Under the pieces are notes generated by a model. It had not been told where the DNA came from, searched no databases, and saw only the letters and a list, made by a program, of their open reading frames with translations. The translations under genes and the position numbers were made by a program. A stretch of 64,000 bases of DNA, from IMG/VR virus record IMGVR_UViG_3300034117_001582, positions 186,001-250,000 of that record, one strand, 5' to 3'. This document shows, piece after piece, positions 38,448 to 48,176 of this stretch (the first letter of the stretch is position 1; each line of letters starts with the position of its first letter).

Positions 38448-39385
38448 CTGTCGTCCTCCTCTTCAAAATACATATCAAGTATATCTGAGAACCTTAACCC
38501 CAATATACCAATACCAAGTTTCTCAGGAATTTCATCTTTATTCCAATATCCATCCTCATCAATAAACATTTCAAAATCGCCTCTATCTTGATATAAGTAA
38601 TCTTTACCATTGATATTAACAAGATACATTGGACCCCAAAAGTTTAAATATGTTCTGATAGTTGAAGGAGCGATACCATCATCAAAACTTGTTGGAACAT
38701 CATGTGTAGAAGTTATTTGTTTAATCTTGTCGGTAAAGTCCATACCCATAACAGAAATAAGAAACTTCTTGTTTTTATCATTTGATTCACTAATTTGACT
38801 TACAGCATCATAATCCCCCGAAACAATTTGGTTTTGACTTGGGAAGGAGTCCGTTTTACCGTTTGGAAAAACTGATTTAACTGAAAAATATGCTGTAACA
38901 TTATCTGAATATATAAGAGGGTCACCGGTTAGTTGAGGAAAAAACATATCGTGAATAAAGCTTATTTCATCAAATAACTCAAACTGTGTCGTCATTCGAA
39001 TTTTTTGATAGTTTTTAAAATAAACTGACACTTTTAATAGTGGTTTACTCTCTTCATTTCTCCATCCACCTGCTTCGGCGGTAGAACTTAATTTAACATC
39101 AATCTTAGATACCCAATCAAATGTTTCTGTTAGTTCATTTAAAAGTTTTGAATATGTTTTATATTTTTTTTCTATATCATTTGATGTTGATTCTTTTATA
39201 ATTCTGAATCTTAATAAAGGCTTACCGTTAATTGTAATATCACCTTTATTATTTTTTCCAATAGTTTTAACAACAATCTTTTTGTTTTTAAACTTACCTC
39301 CCATGATTGTATCACCAACCTTGATGTCAAGTTTAATCATTTCAGTTAATTGTCCGTACTGGTCCTCTGTAAGAATGATTTTCAT
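38444..39385 (-). CDS. MKIILTE-leader three-module protein
   Basis: Modules separated by LTE, IKES and ISES; first is KOW/SH3-like (IKVGDTIMGGKFKNK). Confidence 0.75.
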   Translation of the reverse strand: MKIILTEDQYGQLTEMIKLDIKVGDTIMGGKFKNKKIVVKTIGKNNKGDITINGKPLLRFRIIKESTSNDIEKKYKTYSKLLNELTETFDWVSKIDVKLSSTAEAGGWRNEESKPLLKVSVYFKNYQKIRMTTQFELFDEISFIHDMFFPQLTGDPLIYSDNVTAYFSVKSVFPNGKTDSFPSQNQIVSGDYDAVSQISESNDKNKKFLISVMGMDFTDKIKQITSTHDVPTSFDDGIAPSTIRTYLNFWGPMYLVNINGKDYLYQDRGDFEMFIDEDGYWNKDEIPEKLGIGILGLRFSDILDMYFEEEDDR

Positions 39386-39392
39386 ATTATTA

Positions 39393-39893
39393 TTAAACTT
39401 TTTTGGATATATCCGCGCTTGATGTGGTTAATGCCGCAAAATGGCCAGCTTTATGATTGGTTTTATTTGCCCCTTCTTTGGTTCCCTTTCCTCTTGCGTA
39501 AGATTCATAATCTATGTACATATTTTTTTCAGGTATACTAGCATAAATAACACTTTTGTTTGCATCTGACCCATTTCCATTCCAAGGTTCAATACAATAT
39601 ATTTTATTACTTGAAAAATCTAATTTGTTTGCAAGTGTGCCTCCAGCACTAAATAAAATAATAGCCTTGACCTTATTTTCTTTTTCTTTTAAAAAGTCTT
39701 GTATCAGTTTTTTTTCAGAATATCTAAAAGATTTAACAATATGATTTTTATTAAATGATGATGTAAATTTTGCAGTTTGACCATTATGATTAATACTACT
39801 CTCAAGTCCAGACACAAAAACAACATAAGAATCTGTTAATTTTTTTTTGGTTTCTTCTTTTAATATTTTTCTTATATTTTCTTTTAATATCAT
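39393..39893 (-). CDS. Putative small alpha/beta-hydrolase with leader
   Basis: VVFVSGL...IILFSAGG (nucleophile-elbow-like)...GHF; MILKENIRKILKEE. Confidence 0.5.
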   Translation of the reverse strand: MILKENIRKILKEETKKKLTDSYVVFVSGLESSINHNGQTAKFTSSFNKNHIVKSFRYSEKKLIQDFLKEKENKVKAIILFSAGGTLANKLDFSSNKIYCIEPWNGNGSDANKSVIYASIPEKNMYIDYESYARGKGTKEGANKTNHKAGHFAALTTSSADISKKV

Positions 39894-39894
39894 A

Positions 39895-41235
39895 TCAATC
39901 GACGTATCTAGCGAAAAAATTATTAAAAAACATTGCCGCTGAATTCAAAGCAGATTCAAAGTTTTCAACATATGGTGAACCGTCTGTCCATTTTTTTTCA
40001 TCCGATAACGTTGTAGAGTCCAAGACTATTTCTTGACCATTATTACCTTTTCTTTTCCATTTAGGTACATTTTTACTTATGCCTAAATCATCGGATTCAA
40101 ATGAAACGCTATTAGATATATAATACAAATCCACTACTTTATCAAATAATGATTTAACCTCATCATATATAGACCGGTATAATGGATATGGATAATCTTC
40201 CGAATCAAGAATATCCATTACGTTATTTGTTTTACTAACCATACCTCTATAAAATCCATCTGTAAACCCGTCGGAAACGTTACCTTTAAGCGAAATTAGT
40301 TTATTTAAATAATATTTTAAATTTTCAAAAAACAAGTTAAATCGTACTTTTCTTGGGTTTTCAGATACACCAACCAAATTAGGATAATCATTTTTTAAAT
40401 CATCACCTAATATTAAATTAACATTACCACCTCCTGTATAATATTGTAATATTGAATTAACAATGTTATTAGGTTTTATGTCTGATTTTTTTGAAATAGC
40501 ATATACATACGTATCATTATTTATTTCAATTACAAATGAATAAAAATCGGGGTCTTCAACTAATTTAGACCAAATAACTTGCGCCAATGAAGATGCGTTT
40601 GGTTGTGAACTACCCCACCCCAAATATTTAATAAATGATTCATAAATTATATAACCAAGACCTGAACCTCTTAATGAACTAGGAACCCCGCTTGGGAAGT
40701 GTATCCTATTTGTTGGGGAACCTTCAGTATTGATATTAATATTATTCAACAACGTATCAATACTTGATTCCTTAGCGATAGGTCCTGATAGGGTATTATA
40801 TAATTTGTCGGCGCTCATTGGTACATCTTTATCTCCGTGTTCATCACCATAAGGGCCTAACTGACTATCATATACTTGTGATGTAGGTAGTGAAAAATAT
40901 TTTTGAATAAACTCATTAGGGAAATTAACTTTATATATGTTTTTAACGGTTTCTTCAAAGGTTATACCATATTCATTTCCTGAACTTAATCCGGCATCTT
41001 TAAATTGGTTACCTTTAACATCACTAACTTTTTTAATTTTTAAAGATGGAAAAGGTGAGTCCACATTTGATTTATTTGTGTCTTTAAGATTCTTCATTTT
41101 TTCAGGACTCAAGTATGTTTGACTTAAATCAATCCTATCTTCATCAAGTTCATTCTCACAAATTAATGGTTTAACATTACCTAACTTACTTTCCAATAAG
41201 TTATAAAATCTGTTTCTATATTCATTAATATTCAT
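39895..41235 (-). CDS. Leader-bearing protein with a GNAT-like domain
   Basis: RIHFPSGVPSSLRGSGLGYIIY...AQVIWSKL; leader RFYNLLESKLGNVKPLICE. Confidence 0.65.
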   Translation of the reverse strand: MNINEYRNRFYNLLESKLGNVKPLICENELDEDRIDLSQTYLSPEKMKNLKDTNKSNVDSPFPSLKIKKVSDVKGNQFKDAGLSSGNEYGITFEETVKNIYKVNFPNEFIQKYFSLPTSQVYDSQLGPYGDEHGDKDVPMSADKLYNTLSGPIAKESSIDTLLNNININTEGSPTNRIHFPSGVPSSLRGSGLGYIIYESFIKYLGWGSSQPNASSLAQVIWSKLVEDPDFYSFVIEINNDTYVYAISKKSDIKPNNIVNSILQYYTGGGNVNLILGDDLKNDYPNLVGVSENPRKVRFNLFFENLKYYLNKLISLKGNVSDGFTDGFYRGMVSKTNNVMDILDSEDYPYPLYRSIYDEVKSLFDKVVDLYYISNSVSFESDDLGISKNVPKWKRKGNNGQEIVLDSTTLSDEKKWTDGSPYVENFESALNSAAMFFNNFFARYVD

Positions 41236-41320
41236 AATTCCTTTATGATGTTTATTATAAATACCTCATAAAACAAAAAACCCCACTGATGAGGTGGGTA
41301 GTTATGTTTACATTTTAGAT

Positions 41321-41947
41321 TTAGTTTGTTGAATATGAATTTAAATCGGGGTAGTCATTTAACAAATCATTATTTAAATATAAGACCTTATCTCGACCTT
41401 TCTTGGAGATAAAGGATTTTACCAACAAGACAACATCACCAGACCAATCTTTACTAATTGCCATTACATTATGACCTTCACAAACAACACCATAAAAATC
41501 GGGGTCATTCATTATTTTACTCCATACTCTTTTGGATTCATCGGTCGCAGAATCAGATGTAGAAGCATACCCCAAAAATTTTATAAAATCTTGATATATT
41601 ATATAACCCAAACCAATACCTTGTAACTGAGGGTGAACACCTTCTCTGAAATGTATTCGATTAAATTCGCCGCTAGCCTCAATATACGTACTATTTTCAA
41701 AATGGCTCATTACTTGAAAACTATCGGGACCCAAAGTTCTTAAATAACCATAAAACTCTCTAGGTAGACCATTAATTACCATCACTTGATATTGTCCCTC
41801 ACTACCTACCGGTTTAAAAGTAAACGTTGGGTTATTTGATGAGCTAGTTTGTTCAGAAGAAAATATGTTTTCTTTTTTATTTTCATTAATAACTCGTCTA
41901 ACAATTCTTGATAAATCGGATTCGGTAAGTCTTATTATTCTTGACAC
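41321..41947 (-). CDS. LTESDL-leader GNAT-like protein, paralog of 39895
   Basis: NRIHFREGVHPQLQGIGLGYIIY...RVWSKI...DPDFY. Confidence 0.7.
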   Translation of the reverse strand: MSRIIRLTESDLSRIVRRVINENKKENIFSSEQTSSSNNPTFTFKPVGSEGQYQVMVINGLPREFYGYLRTLGPDSFQVMSHFENSTYIEASGEFNRIHFREGVHPQLQGIGLGYIIYQDFIKFLGYASTSDSATDESKRVWSKIMNDPDFYGVVCEGHNVMAISKDWSGDVVLLVKSFISKKGRDKVLYLNNDLLNDYPDLNSYSTN

Positions 41948-41951
41948 AATA

Positions 41952-42218
41952 TTAATTTATTTTTGCATCGATAATAGCATCCATTAATGCGTCTTCAGCT
42001 TTTTTCCAATCGTCATTTGATGGAGTTTCTCCATTCTCAAATGAACCACCATTGTCCTCTACTTGTCTTTTGGCTTCTTCTAGAATATCTGAAAAGCTAT
42101 TCACTATAACCTCAGAAATTACGGCTAAACAAAACTCAGGGGTTTCAATGTCGCTTTCAGATTCTTCTTTAATAACACGTCTAACAATACGTGATAAATC
42201 TCTTTCATTTAATCTCAT
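41952..42218 (-). CDS. Leader cassette, acidic hypothetical protein
   Basis: MRLNERDLSRIVRRVIKEE. Confidence 0.75.
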   Translation of the reverse strand: MRLNERDLSRIVRRVIKEESESDIETPEFCLAVISEVIVNSFSDILEEAKRQVEDNGGSFENGETPSNDDWKKAEDALMDAIIDAKIN

Positions 42219-42293
42219 AATACATTTTTATTATAAATACCACATGAACCAAAAAATAAGGATATTCCCATGTAAAAGATTTTTATATAAAAC

Positions 42294-42707
42294 TTATTTT
42301 TTTTGTTTGGGTACGCTAATACAGGATATCACTTTACCCTCACATTCCATATACTTCACAACCTCAACACCTGGAGGTATATTACCTGAAACGGTTGTTG
42401 TGGTTGTATTTCCTACCGTTACTGTAGATGAATTACCTTGTGCCATTAACCAGTTTCTTTCGGCATCATATTGGGCATACCTAAAAGCATCATACCCATA
42501 ACCTTCACCTTTTATGGTGTTTGGTGGACAAGTAAATGTTTTTTCAACTTCACAACCAAATTTAACTTGTTCAAATTCACCATCTTCCAAACGATTAAAT
42601 AACTTATCAAAAAATTTACGGACCTTTTTTTTAAATCCACGTTCATTTTGTTCATATAATCCCATTATATGTTTTTTCTCTTCTTCGCTGATAATAAACT
42701 TATTCAT
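42294..42707 (-). CDS. Leader cassette, Cys-containing hypothetical protein
   Basis: MNKFIISEEEKKHIMGLYEQ. Confidence 0.75.
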   Translation of the reverse strand: MNKFIISEEEKKHIMGLYEQNERGFKKKVRKFFDKLFNRLEDGEFEQVKFGCEVEKTFTCPPNTIKGEGYGYDAFRYAQYDAERNWLMAQGNSSTVTVGNTTTTTVSGNIPPGVEVVKYMECEGKVISCISVPKQKK

Positions 42708-42791
42708 ATTAATGATTTATAAATAAATACCATATAAAACAAAAAACCCCCTCCGTATAAGGAAAGGGTTCACATATTAATATAAAATTAT

Positions 42792-43022
42792 TTACATACC
42801 ATCTCTAAATCGAGATTCAGCGCCACGTCTTACTTTTCTAGACGATGTCATTTCATCAGCAATGTTTCTTAAAATACTAACGGTTTCTTCGTGACTAGAA
42901 TTTGAGTTTCTTATAACATCCATAATATCGGAGTATAAAGTATTTTTTTCCATGTCCTCACTAACTATACGTTTAACTAATCTTGTTAAATCTCTTTCTG
43001 TAAGTCTAATTATTTTTTTCAT
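42792..43022 (-). CDS. Leader cassette, small hypothetical protein
   Basis: Start reset to MKKIIRLTERDLTRLVKRIVSE. Confidence 0.8.
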   Translation of the reverse strand: MKKIIRLTERDLTRLVKRIVSEDMEKNTLYSDIMDVIRNSNSSHEETVSILRNIADEMTSSRKVRRGAESRFRDGM

Positions 43023-43079
43023 ATTAATAAATATCACATAAAACAAAAAACCCCACCTTAATTAGAGAATGGGGGGTGA

Positions 43080-43172
43080 TTAACTTTTTCCGTGATAATC
43101 AAAATAATCTTTTCTGTCCTTAAGTACCGTTGCAATCACGAACGAAATACTTAATATACTAAATATTGCCAT
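43080..43172 (-). CDS. 30-aa hydrophobic peptide
   Basis: My translation: MAIFSILSISFVIATVLKDRKDYFDYHGKS*; ends at a boundary terminator. Confidence 0.35.
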   Translation of the reverse strand: MAIFSILSISFVIATVLKDRKDYFDYHGKS

Positions 43173-43249
43173 ATACAATATATACTAAAAATTCATTCAA
43201 TAGTCAATTATCGTAGGTTATGAAATAGTTAAGTTTAAACACCTAAAAC

Positions 43250-43687
43250 TTAATGAGTCGTTCTCTTTATCTTTTTATTCTTTTTCACATTAAAGTTATA
43301 TCTTTTATCGTGAGAAGGACCCTTTTCATACCAAAACTCAATACAGTCAATATCAAGACCAGTTTTTTCATTAACATAAGAAAGAACGGTTTTAGAAAAT
43401 AGTTTTTTTCTTGTTGCAACTTTTGGTATAAAATTATCTATTTCTTCTCCGGTCTCAGAATTAACATACATATCTTGTTTACACCCCTCACCTTTACCAC
43501 CAACAGTATAAACTGTAAATATCGCATCACCGTATCCAATCGACTCATTTTCAAACGGATTACTATCATTTGGATATATTCTTATCCTATCGGATTCTCT
43601 TTCATATGAAAGTTTTGGCCCATACAATACGTCCAACAAATTAAATACAATTTTCTGATACTGTGATTTTGTTATGATTACGTCCAT
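43250..43687 (-). CDS. Cassette protein, tandem paralog of 43736
   Basis: IITKSQYQKIVFNLLD...KGEGCK.DM...RKKLFS.T.LSYVNEKT.LDIDCI. Confidence 0.8.
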   Translation of the reverse strand: MDVIITKSQYQKIVFNLLDVLYGPKLSYERESDRIRIYPNDSNPFENESIGYGDAIFTVYTVGGKGEGCKQDMYVNSETGEEIDNFIPKVATRKKLFSKTVLSYVNEKTGLDIDCIEFWYEKGPSHDKRYNFNVKKNKKIKRTTH

Positions 43688-43735
43688 ATAAGATAAATAT
43701 ACAAGAAATAAAAACCACTACGAATATAGGGGGAC

Positions 43736-44146
43736 TTACTTAGTTGTTGTCTTTTTATTTTTTTTAACGTTAAACCTATATCTATTTTCGAAATAAGTTT
43801 CATCATTATTATATATTTCATAAGGAAAATCAATACAGTCAATATCAAGATTTGTTTTTTCATTAACATAAGAAAGAATGGTTCTAGAAAATAGTTTTTT
43901 TCTTAATACCGCTGGTGGTAAATACCTTTCAATTTCCTCAATTGTTTGAGAAAGAACTAACATATCTCTTTTACATCCTTTAGATTTTCCCTGTTTTGTA
44001 TAAACTCTAAAAATTTCTTCACCATGATCTGATAAAATCTCAAATATCTCCTCATCTTTTTTAACTGAAATATTTGGGCCATATAATGTGTCCAACAAAT
44101 TAAAAACAATTTTCTGATATTGTGATACTGTTATAACAATTTTCAT
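43736..44146 (-). CDS. Cassette protein, tandem paralog of 43250
   Basis: MKIVITVSQYQKIVFNLLD; same core motifs. Confidence 0.8.
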   Translation of the reverse strand: MKIVITVSQYQKIVFNLLDTLYGPNISVKKDEEIFEILSDHGEEIFRVYTKQGKSKGCKRDMLVLSQTIEEIERYLPPAVLRKKLFSRTILSYVNEKTNLDIDCIDFPYEIYNNDETYFENRYRFNVKKNKKTTTK

Positions 44147-44225
44147 ATAAGATAAATATAATGGAAAACAAAAAACCCCACCTTAATTAAAAGATGGGGG
44201 TTTCTAAATTTATTATTTATATTTT

Positions 44226-44660
44226 TTAATGACCAGATTGTGAACCTCCATGGTCGTAACGTTCACGTGGGTCCTGTGAATATTGTGGGTCATACTTACT
44301 TGGTTTGCCGTAACTTGTATATTTTGATGTTTGATTGTCATCAACCATTTTCATTGCATCATTAGGATTCATACCGTAATCGGCATAAATTAATCCTTTA
44401 CCTTTTCTTTTTAAATCTCTCAATGATTCTTCATCACCTCTACAATATCTAATGATGATAACCTTGTTTCCGTCTTCATCTTCTTCAATATCAACATGAC
44501 CTTTATTATCTTCTTCATCCATATATTCTTCTGATGAGTCACAATCAACGGCTTTTATATCAAATGTAAAATCCTCATTTGAATTTTCTTCCATTTCCAT
44601 AATAGTTCTTTTAACAATTCTTGTTAAATCTCTTTCAGTTAATCTTATAATTCTTGCCAT
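44226..44660 (-). CDS. LTERDL-leader acidic hypothetical protein
   Basis: MARIIRLTERDLTRIVKRTIME. Confidence 0.8.
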   Translation of the reverse strand: MARIIRLTERDLTRIVKRTIMEMEENSNEDFTFDIKAVDCDSSEEYMDEEDNKGHVDIEEDEDGNKVIIIRYCRGDEESLRDLKRKGKGLIYADYGMNPNDAMKMVDDNQTSKYTSYGKPSKYDPQYSQDPRERYDHGGSQSGH

Positions 44661-44731
44661 AATATTTTAATTTATTAATAAATACTTTGATATTCAAAAA
44701 ACCCCACCTTAATTAAAAGATAGGGATTTTT

Positions 44732-45031
44732 TTAGGATTTTAATTTATCCAAAACTTGAATAAGTTGGTCAGCTCGTTTGTCAGTGTGACTTCTAGAATC
44801 TTGGTGGACTTCCTCAATACGTCTATGGATATGTTCCAAAGTGATATCCAATTCACGTCTTTGGTCATCCAATCTTCTTTGGGAGTATTCCATTTCCCGC
44901 AAATAAGACAATTCCAATTCTTTTAAATCTTTTTTTGTTCTAACAACCATAACTAACCCCCAAACAAGAGCAACAATAAAAATTATTGCAATAATCGAAA
45001 GGATACCTAAAGTAAAATAAAATGTTTCCAT
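44732..45031 (-). CDS. Single-TM coiled-coil protein without leader
   Basis: METFYFTLGILSIIAIIFIVALVWGLVMVV then a heptad pattern; alternative start 45061. Confidence 0.7.
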   Translation of the reverse strand: METFYFTLGILSIIAIIFIVALVWGLVMVVRTKKDLKELELSYLREMEYSQRRLDDQRRELDITLEHIHRRIEEVHQDSRSHTDKRADQLIQVLDKLKS

Positions 45032-45156
45032 TAATTTAAGATTTTGTTGTTTATACCTCAAGGGTATATAAAGTATAATGAAAACATATTAAAAATAAAT
45101 AAAAAACCCCTCTTTGTTGGGAGGGGAATCATTTTAAATTTATCAAAATAATTGTT

Positions 45157-45594
45157 TTAGTGATTTTCTCCTGATAAGTACTTAGGATTTGGATATACTA
45201 TCTTCTTATTATATAATTTATTCTTATCTTCATCGGATAACTTTGGGGTCTTGTCTTTGGATTTGGATGCAAGTAGTGAAACAAGTGGTTCTAATGGTGT
45301 TAAAGGCACAGGAGATTTAATGAGCAAACAATTTAATACTTTTGTTACTTCTTTTAGATTATTGTAGGTCAACATATTTCCAATAGCATTTAGACATTCT
45401 TTACTTATTAAATCTCCAGTACCCATAGTACCAGACAAAGTCTTTTTAGGTTTTGTGTCACAAGATTTTGGTATACTTAGAGTTGTTTTACTAAAACAGC
45501 CACCGACCATTGATGTGGTGTCTTCCTCTTCTTTAAGAACTCTTCTTACAATACGTGATAAATCTCTTTCTGTTAATCTAACTATTCTTGCCAT
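45157..45594 (-). CDS. LTERDL-leader Cys-containing hypothetical protein
   Basis: MARIVRLTERDLSRIVRRVLKEE. Confidence 0.8.
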   Translation of the reverse strand: MARIVRLTERDLSRIVRRVLKEEEDTTSMVGGCFSKTTLSIPKSCDTKPKKTLSGTMGTGDLISKECLNAIGNMLTYNNLKEVTKVLNCLLIKSPVPLTPLEPLVSLLASKSKDKTPKLSDEDKNKLYNKKIVYPNPKYLSGENH

Positions 45595-45674
45595 AATATT
45601 TTAATTTATTATAAATACTTCGTAAAACAAAAAACCCCTCTGTTGGGAGGGGGAGTATTTTAATTTTTTTAAAA

Positions 45675-46121
45675 TTATAGATATGCTTTTATATGATTTC
45701 TTTTTAACCAACTTCTAACTTGTTCCTCTGTTTGACCTTTTTGTATTTTTGATAATACATGTTTACGGTCACCATTACCTAGTATTTCACCGGTTTTTGG
45801 AACATATTTTATCATGAGATACCCGTCCATTGGTTTTTTTAATTGAATCTCTATGCCGGTTTTAGCAGTTACGGTAACCTCTTGATATGTTTGTAACTTT
45901 GCATACCTATCGGTACCATCGTCTTTACAAGGAATTTCTTTATAATTATTATCAATACAACTGTCAGGATCTCCATACCTATCGGTATCATTGCCCTTAC
46001 AAGCTATTCTATTACCTTTAAAATCAATACAGAATCCTTCTTCATCCGCAGTATTTTCATTAATTATTCGTTTAACAATTCTTGCTAAATCAGATTCAGT
46101 TAATCTTATAATTCTTGCCAT
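45675..46121 (-). CDS. LTESDL-leader hypothetical protein with short Cys repeats
   Basis: MARIIRLTESDLARIVKRIINE; CID...I.CK..GTDRY repeated twice. Confidence 0.8.
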   Translation of the reverse strand: MARIIRLTESDLARIVKRIINENTADEEGFCIDFKGNRIACKGNDTDRYGDPDSCIDNNYKEIPCKDDGTDRYAKLQTYQEVTVTAKTGIEIQLKKPMDGYLMIKYVPKTGEILGNGDRKHVLSKIQKGQTEEQVRSWLKRNHIKAYL

Positions 46122-46216
46122 AATTTATATTTTATTATAAATACATCATAAAACAAAAAAGGAAGGGGGCGGGGGGATGGTTCAATGTAAAAAATTTTTC
46201 CAGAAAATTAGCCGTG

Positions 46217-46621
46217 TTATAAATACAATTTTATTATATCAATAGGGTCCAACCCTATTTCACTAATATTAAATAGTTTGTTTAAACGGTCTCCCGTTAA
46301 TGAGGAAGTTGCTCCAAGTTCATTATCTATTTCTATATCATAAAATATTTCCAAAGCAAATCCACCATTGCGTTCGCTATCCACAAATAAAAAAGTTCTA
46401 TCCTTAAATTTAATAAGATACAAAGGACCAAATGGTTTTACCTGAGACCTAAACCACCAACGGGTTACCAAATCACGAACATTAGTTGGCATATCATCAT
46501 ACGTCTCAATAAGTTTAACTTCCAATTCAAAATCAAACTCATATTTCAAAAACTTTTTAAACTTATCGGTTTTTGATTCAAACAATAAGTTATACTGGTC
46601 TTCAGTTATAATGATTTTCAT
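46217..46621 (-). CDS. MKIIITE-leader single-module protein (module shared with 37752 and 38444)
   Basis: LFES...KFKKFL...FGPLYLI...IGLDPIDIIKLY; start reset to 46621. Confidence 0.75.
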   Translation of the reverse strand: MKIIITEDQYNLLFESKTDKFKKFLKYEFDFELEVKLIETYDDMPTNVRDLVTRWWFRSQVKPFGPLYLIKFKDRTFLFVDSERNGGFALEIFYDIEIDNELGATSSLTGDRLNKLFNISEIGLDPIDIIKLYL

Positions 46622-46693
46622 ATAAGATAAATATAAGGAAACAAAAAACCCCACTGATGAGGTGGGGAATTATTTTACATATTATAAGGATTA

Positions 46694-47299
46694 CTAATCA
46701 AGTTCTGAACCCCATGATTTAATTATATTATTAATTGGTTTTTTGTGCCATTTTCTATAAATGTCAATACTATCTTTAACATCTTCCATCATATCACCAT
46801 TAAATCTTTGTTTATATAGGGTTACAACTTCATTATATTTTTTCCAACATTCAGGACAGTTTCCTTCTTTTTTTAAAGGTTTTGACATATTTAAAAATGC
46901 TGCTTCAATAGGGGCTTCCGCATTCCCATCAGTTATAAACTCAGGAGCGGAGTAATCTTTAGGTACCATCTTTTTTCCAAATTCTTGTTGAATCAAGACC
47001 GCTAATGAGTGACTTTTCTGTAATGATGCGTAAATTAAATCGGCAAGTTCTTTTGTTGTCATTGAATTTTCAATATAGTTATAATCAAGTTCTCCACCTT
47101 CAATAACGTCCCTATACAAATTTTTAATTTTTTGAATAAAGGATGGTTCATTTTGTTCAGAAATTAAAGGTTTAACATCTCCCAATGTTGATTCCATTAA
47201 TTGTTTAAACCTTGAAGTATCAACCGACATACCCCCATTATGTTGTTCACGAATACTATTCTTTTCTTCGTCTGATAAATTATTTAATAAATGTTTCAT
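46694..47299 (-). CDS. Double-leader hypothetical protein
   Basis: LSDEEKNSIREQH...RFKQLMESTLGDVKPLISEQ (compare 39895). Confidence 0.8.
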   Translation of the reverse strand: MKHLLNNLSDEEKNSIREQHNGGMSVDTSRFKQLMESTLGDVKPLISEQNEPSFIQKIKNLYRDVIEGGELDYNYIENSMTTKELADLIYASLQKSHSLAVLIQQEFGKKMVPKDYSAPEFITDGNAEAPIEAAFLNMSKPLKKEGNCPECWKKYNEVVTLYKQRFNGDMMEDVKDSIDIYRKWHKKPINNIIKSWGSELD

Positions 47300-47385
47300 A
47301 ATATATTTGTTTTATTTATAAATACCACATAAAACAAAAACCCCCACTCGTTGGAATAGGGGTTTAATAATTTGACCGATATGAA

Positions 47386-47745
47386 TTAATATTTAGGTTC
47401 TCTACCACACGTTAGTTTATAGTAGTAAATTATAAAATCAAGTTTCTCATTAATTAGATATTCCCTTATTGATAAATCCAATGAATTACCATCAGATTCA
47501 AATTCAGATTTAATCTGTTCATTATGTAAATATAACCTTAAAAACAATCTTTCCATTACATGATTAAAGTATGTTTTTAGTTTTAAATATTTACAAATTT
47601 TCATATCAGACAATATCCCTATTAACAATTCAGTTATATCAATCCCCCTTCTTCTGAAATATGTGTCACTTATTGTTGATTCAGATATTACCTGTTTAAC
47701 GATTCTTGTAATATCTGATTCCGTAAGTCTTATAGTTTTTTTCAT
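47386..47745 (-). CDS. LTESDI-leader hypothetical protein
   Basis: Start reset to MKKTIRLTESDITRIVKQVISES. Confidence 0.8.
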   Translation of the reverse strand: MKKTIRLTESDITRIVKQVISESTISDTYFRRRGIDITELLIGILSDMKICKYLKLKTYFNHVMERLFLRLYLHNEQIKSEFESDGNSLDLSIREYLINEKLDFIIYYYKLTCGREPKY

Positions 47746-47801
47746 ATAATGATAAATATATGGGGAAATAAAAAACCCCACTAGTTGGAATGGGGGGTAT
47801 C

Positions 47802-48176
47802 TTATCTTTTATTCCATTTGGATTTTAATTTGGACTTGTATTTTTTTGGGATGTACTCAAATAAAAACTCTTTCACCCTCTTTCTATATTTTTCATCTAC
47901 CTGTTTAAAATAAAACCCCGAACCTCTAAGTAACTTAAATGTGATTAATCCCCCCATTTGTTCTAAAAAATGGTCTTCATTTTTAAAACCATTAGTATCT
48001 ATGTCATCAATAGTTTTATTAACAACATTTAATATGTGGTCATTTAATGAAGTATCTTTTTTATTATAGAATCTTTCTAAATCCGATATCTTTTTTATTT
48101 CATCACTTTCTTCAGTTATAACTCGTCTAACCATTTCTATAAGTTCTGATTCTGTAAGTCTAATTACTTTTTTCAT
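47802..48176 (-). CDS. LTESEL-leader hypothetical protein
   Basis: MKKVIRLTESELIEMVRRVITEE. Confidence 0.8.
   Translation of the reverse strand: MKKVIRLTESELIEMVRRVITEESDEIKKISDLERFYNKKDTSLNDHILNVVNKTIDDIDTNGFKNEDHFLEQMGGLITFKLLRGSGFYFKQVDEKYRKRVKEFLFEYIPKKYKSKLKSKWNKR

Noticed and set aside
32779-43869. Short alternate-frame ORFs such as 32779-32976 and 43678-43869, and the plus-strand ORFs antisense to large genes
   Set aside because: They overlap better-supported genes in another frame or strand and have no signals.
43250-44146. Diversity-generating retroelement template/variable repeat pair
   Set aside because: Both copies are full genes, differences are not limited to adenines, and no reverse transcriptase is in the window.
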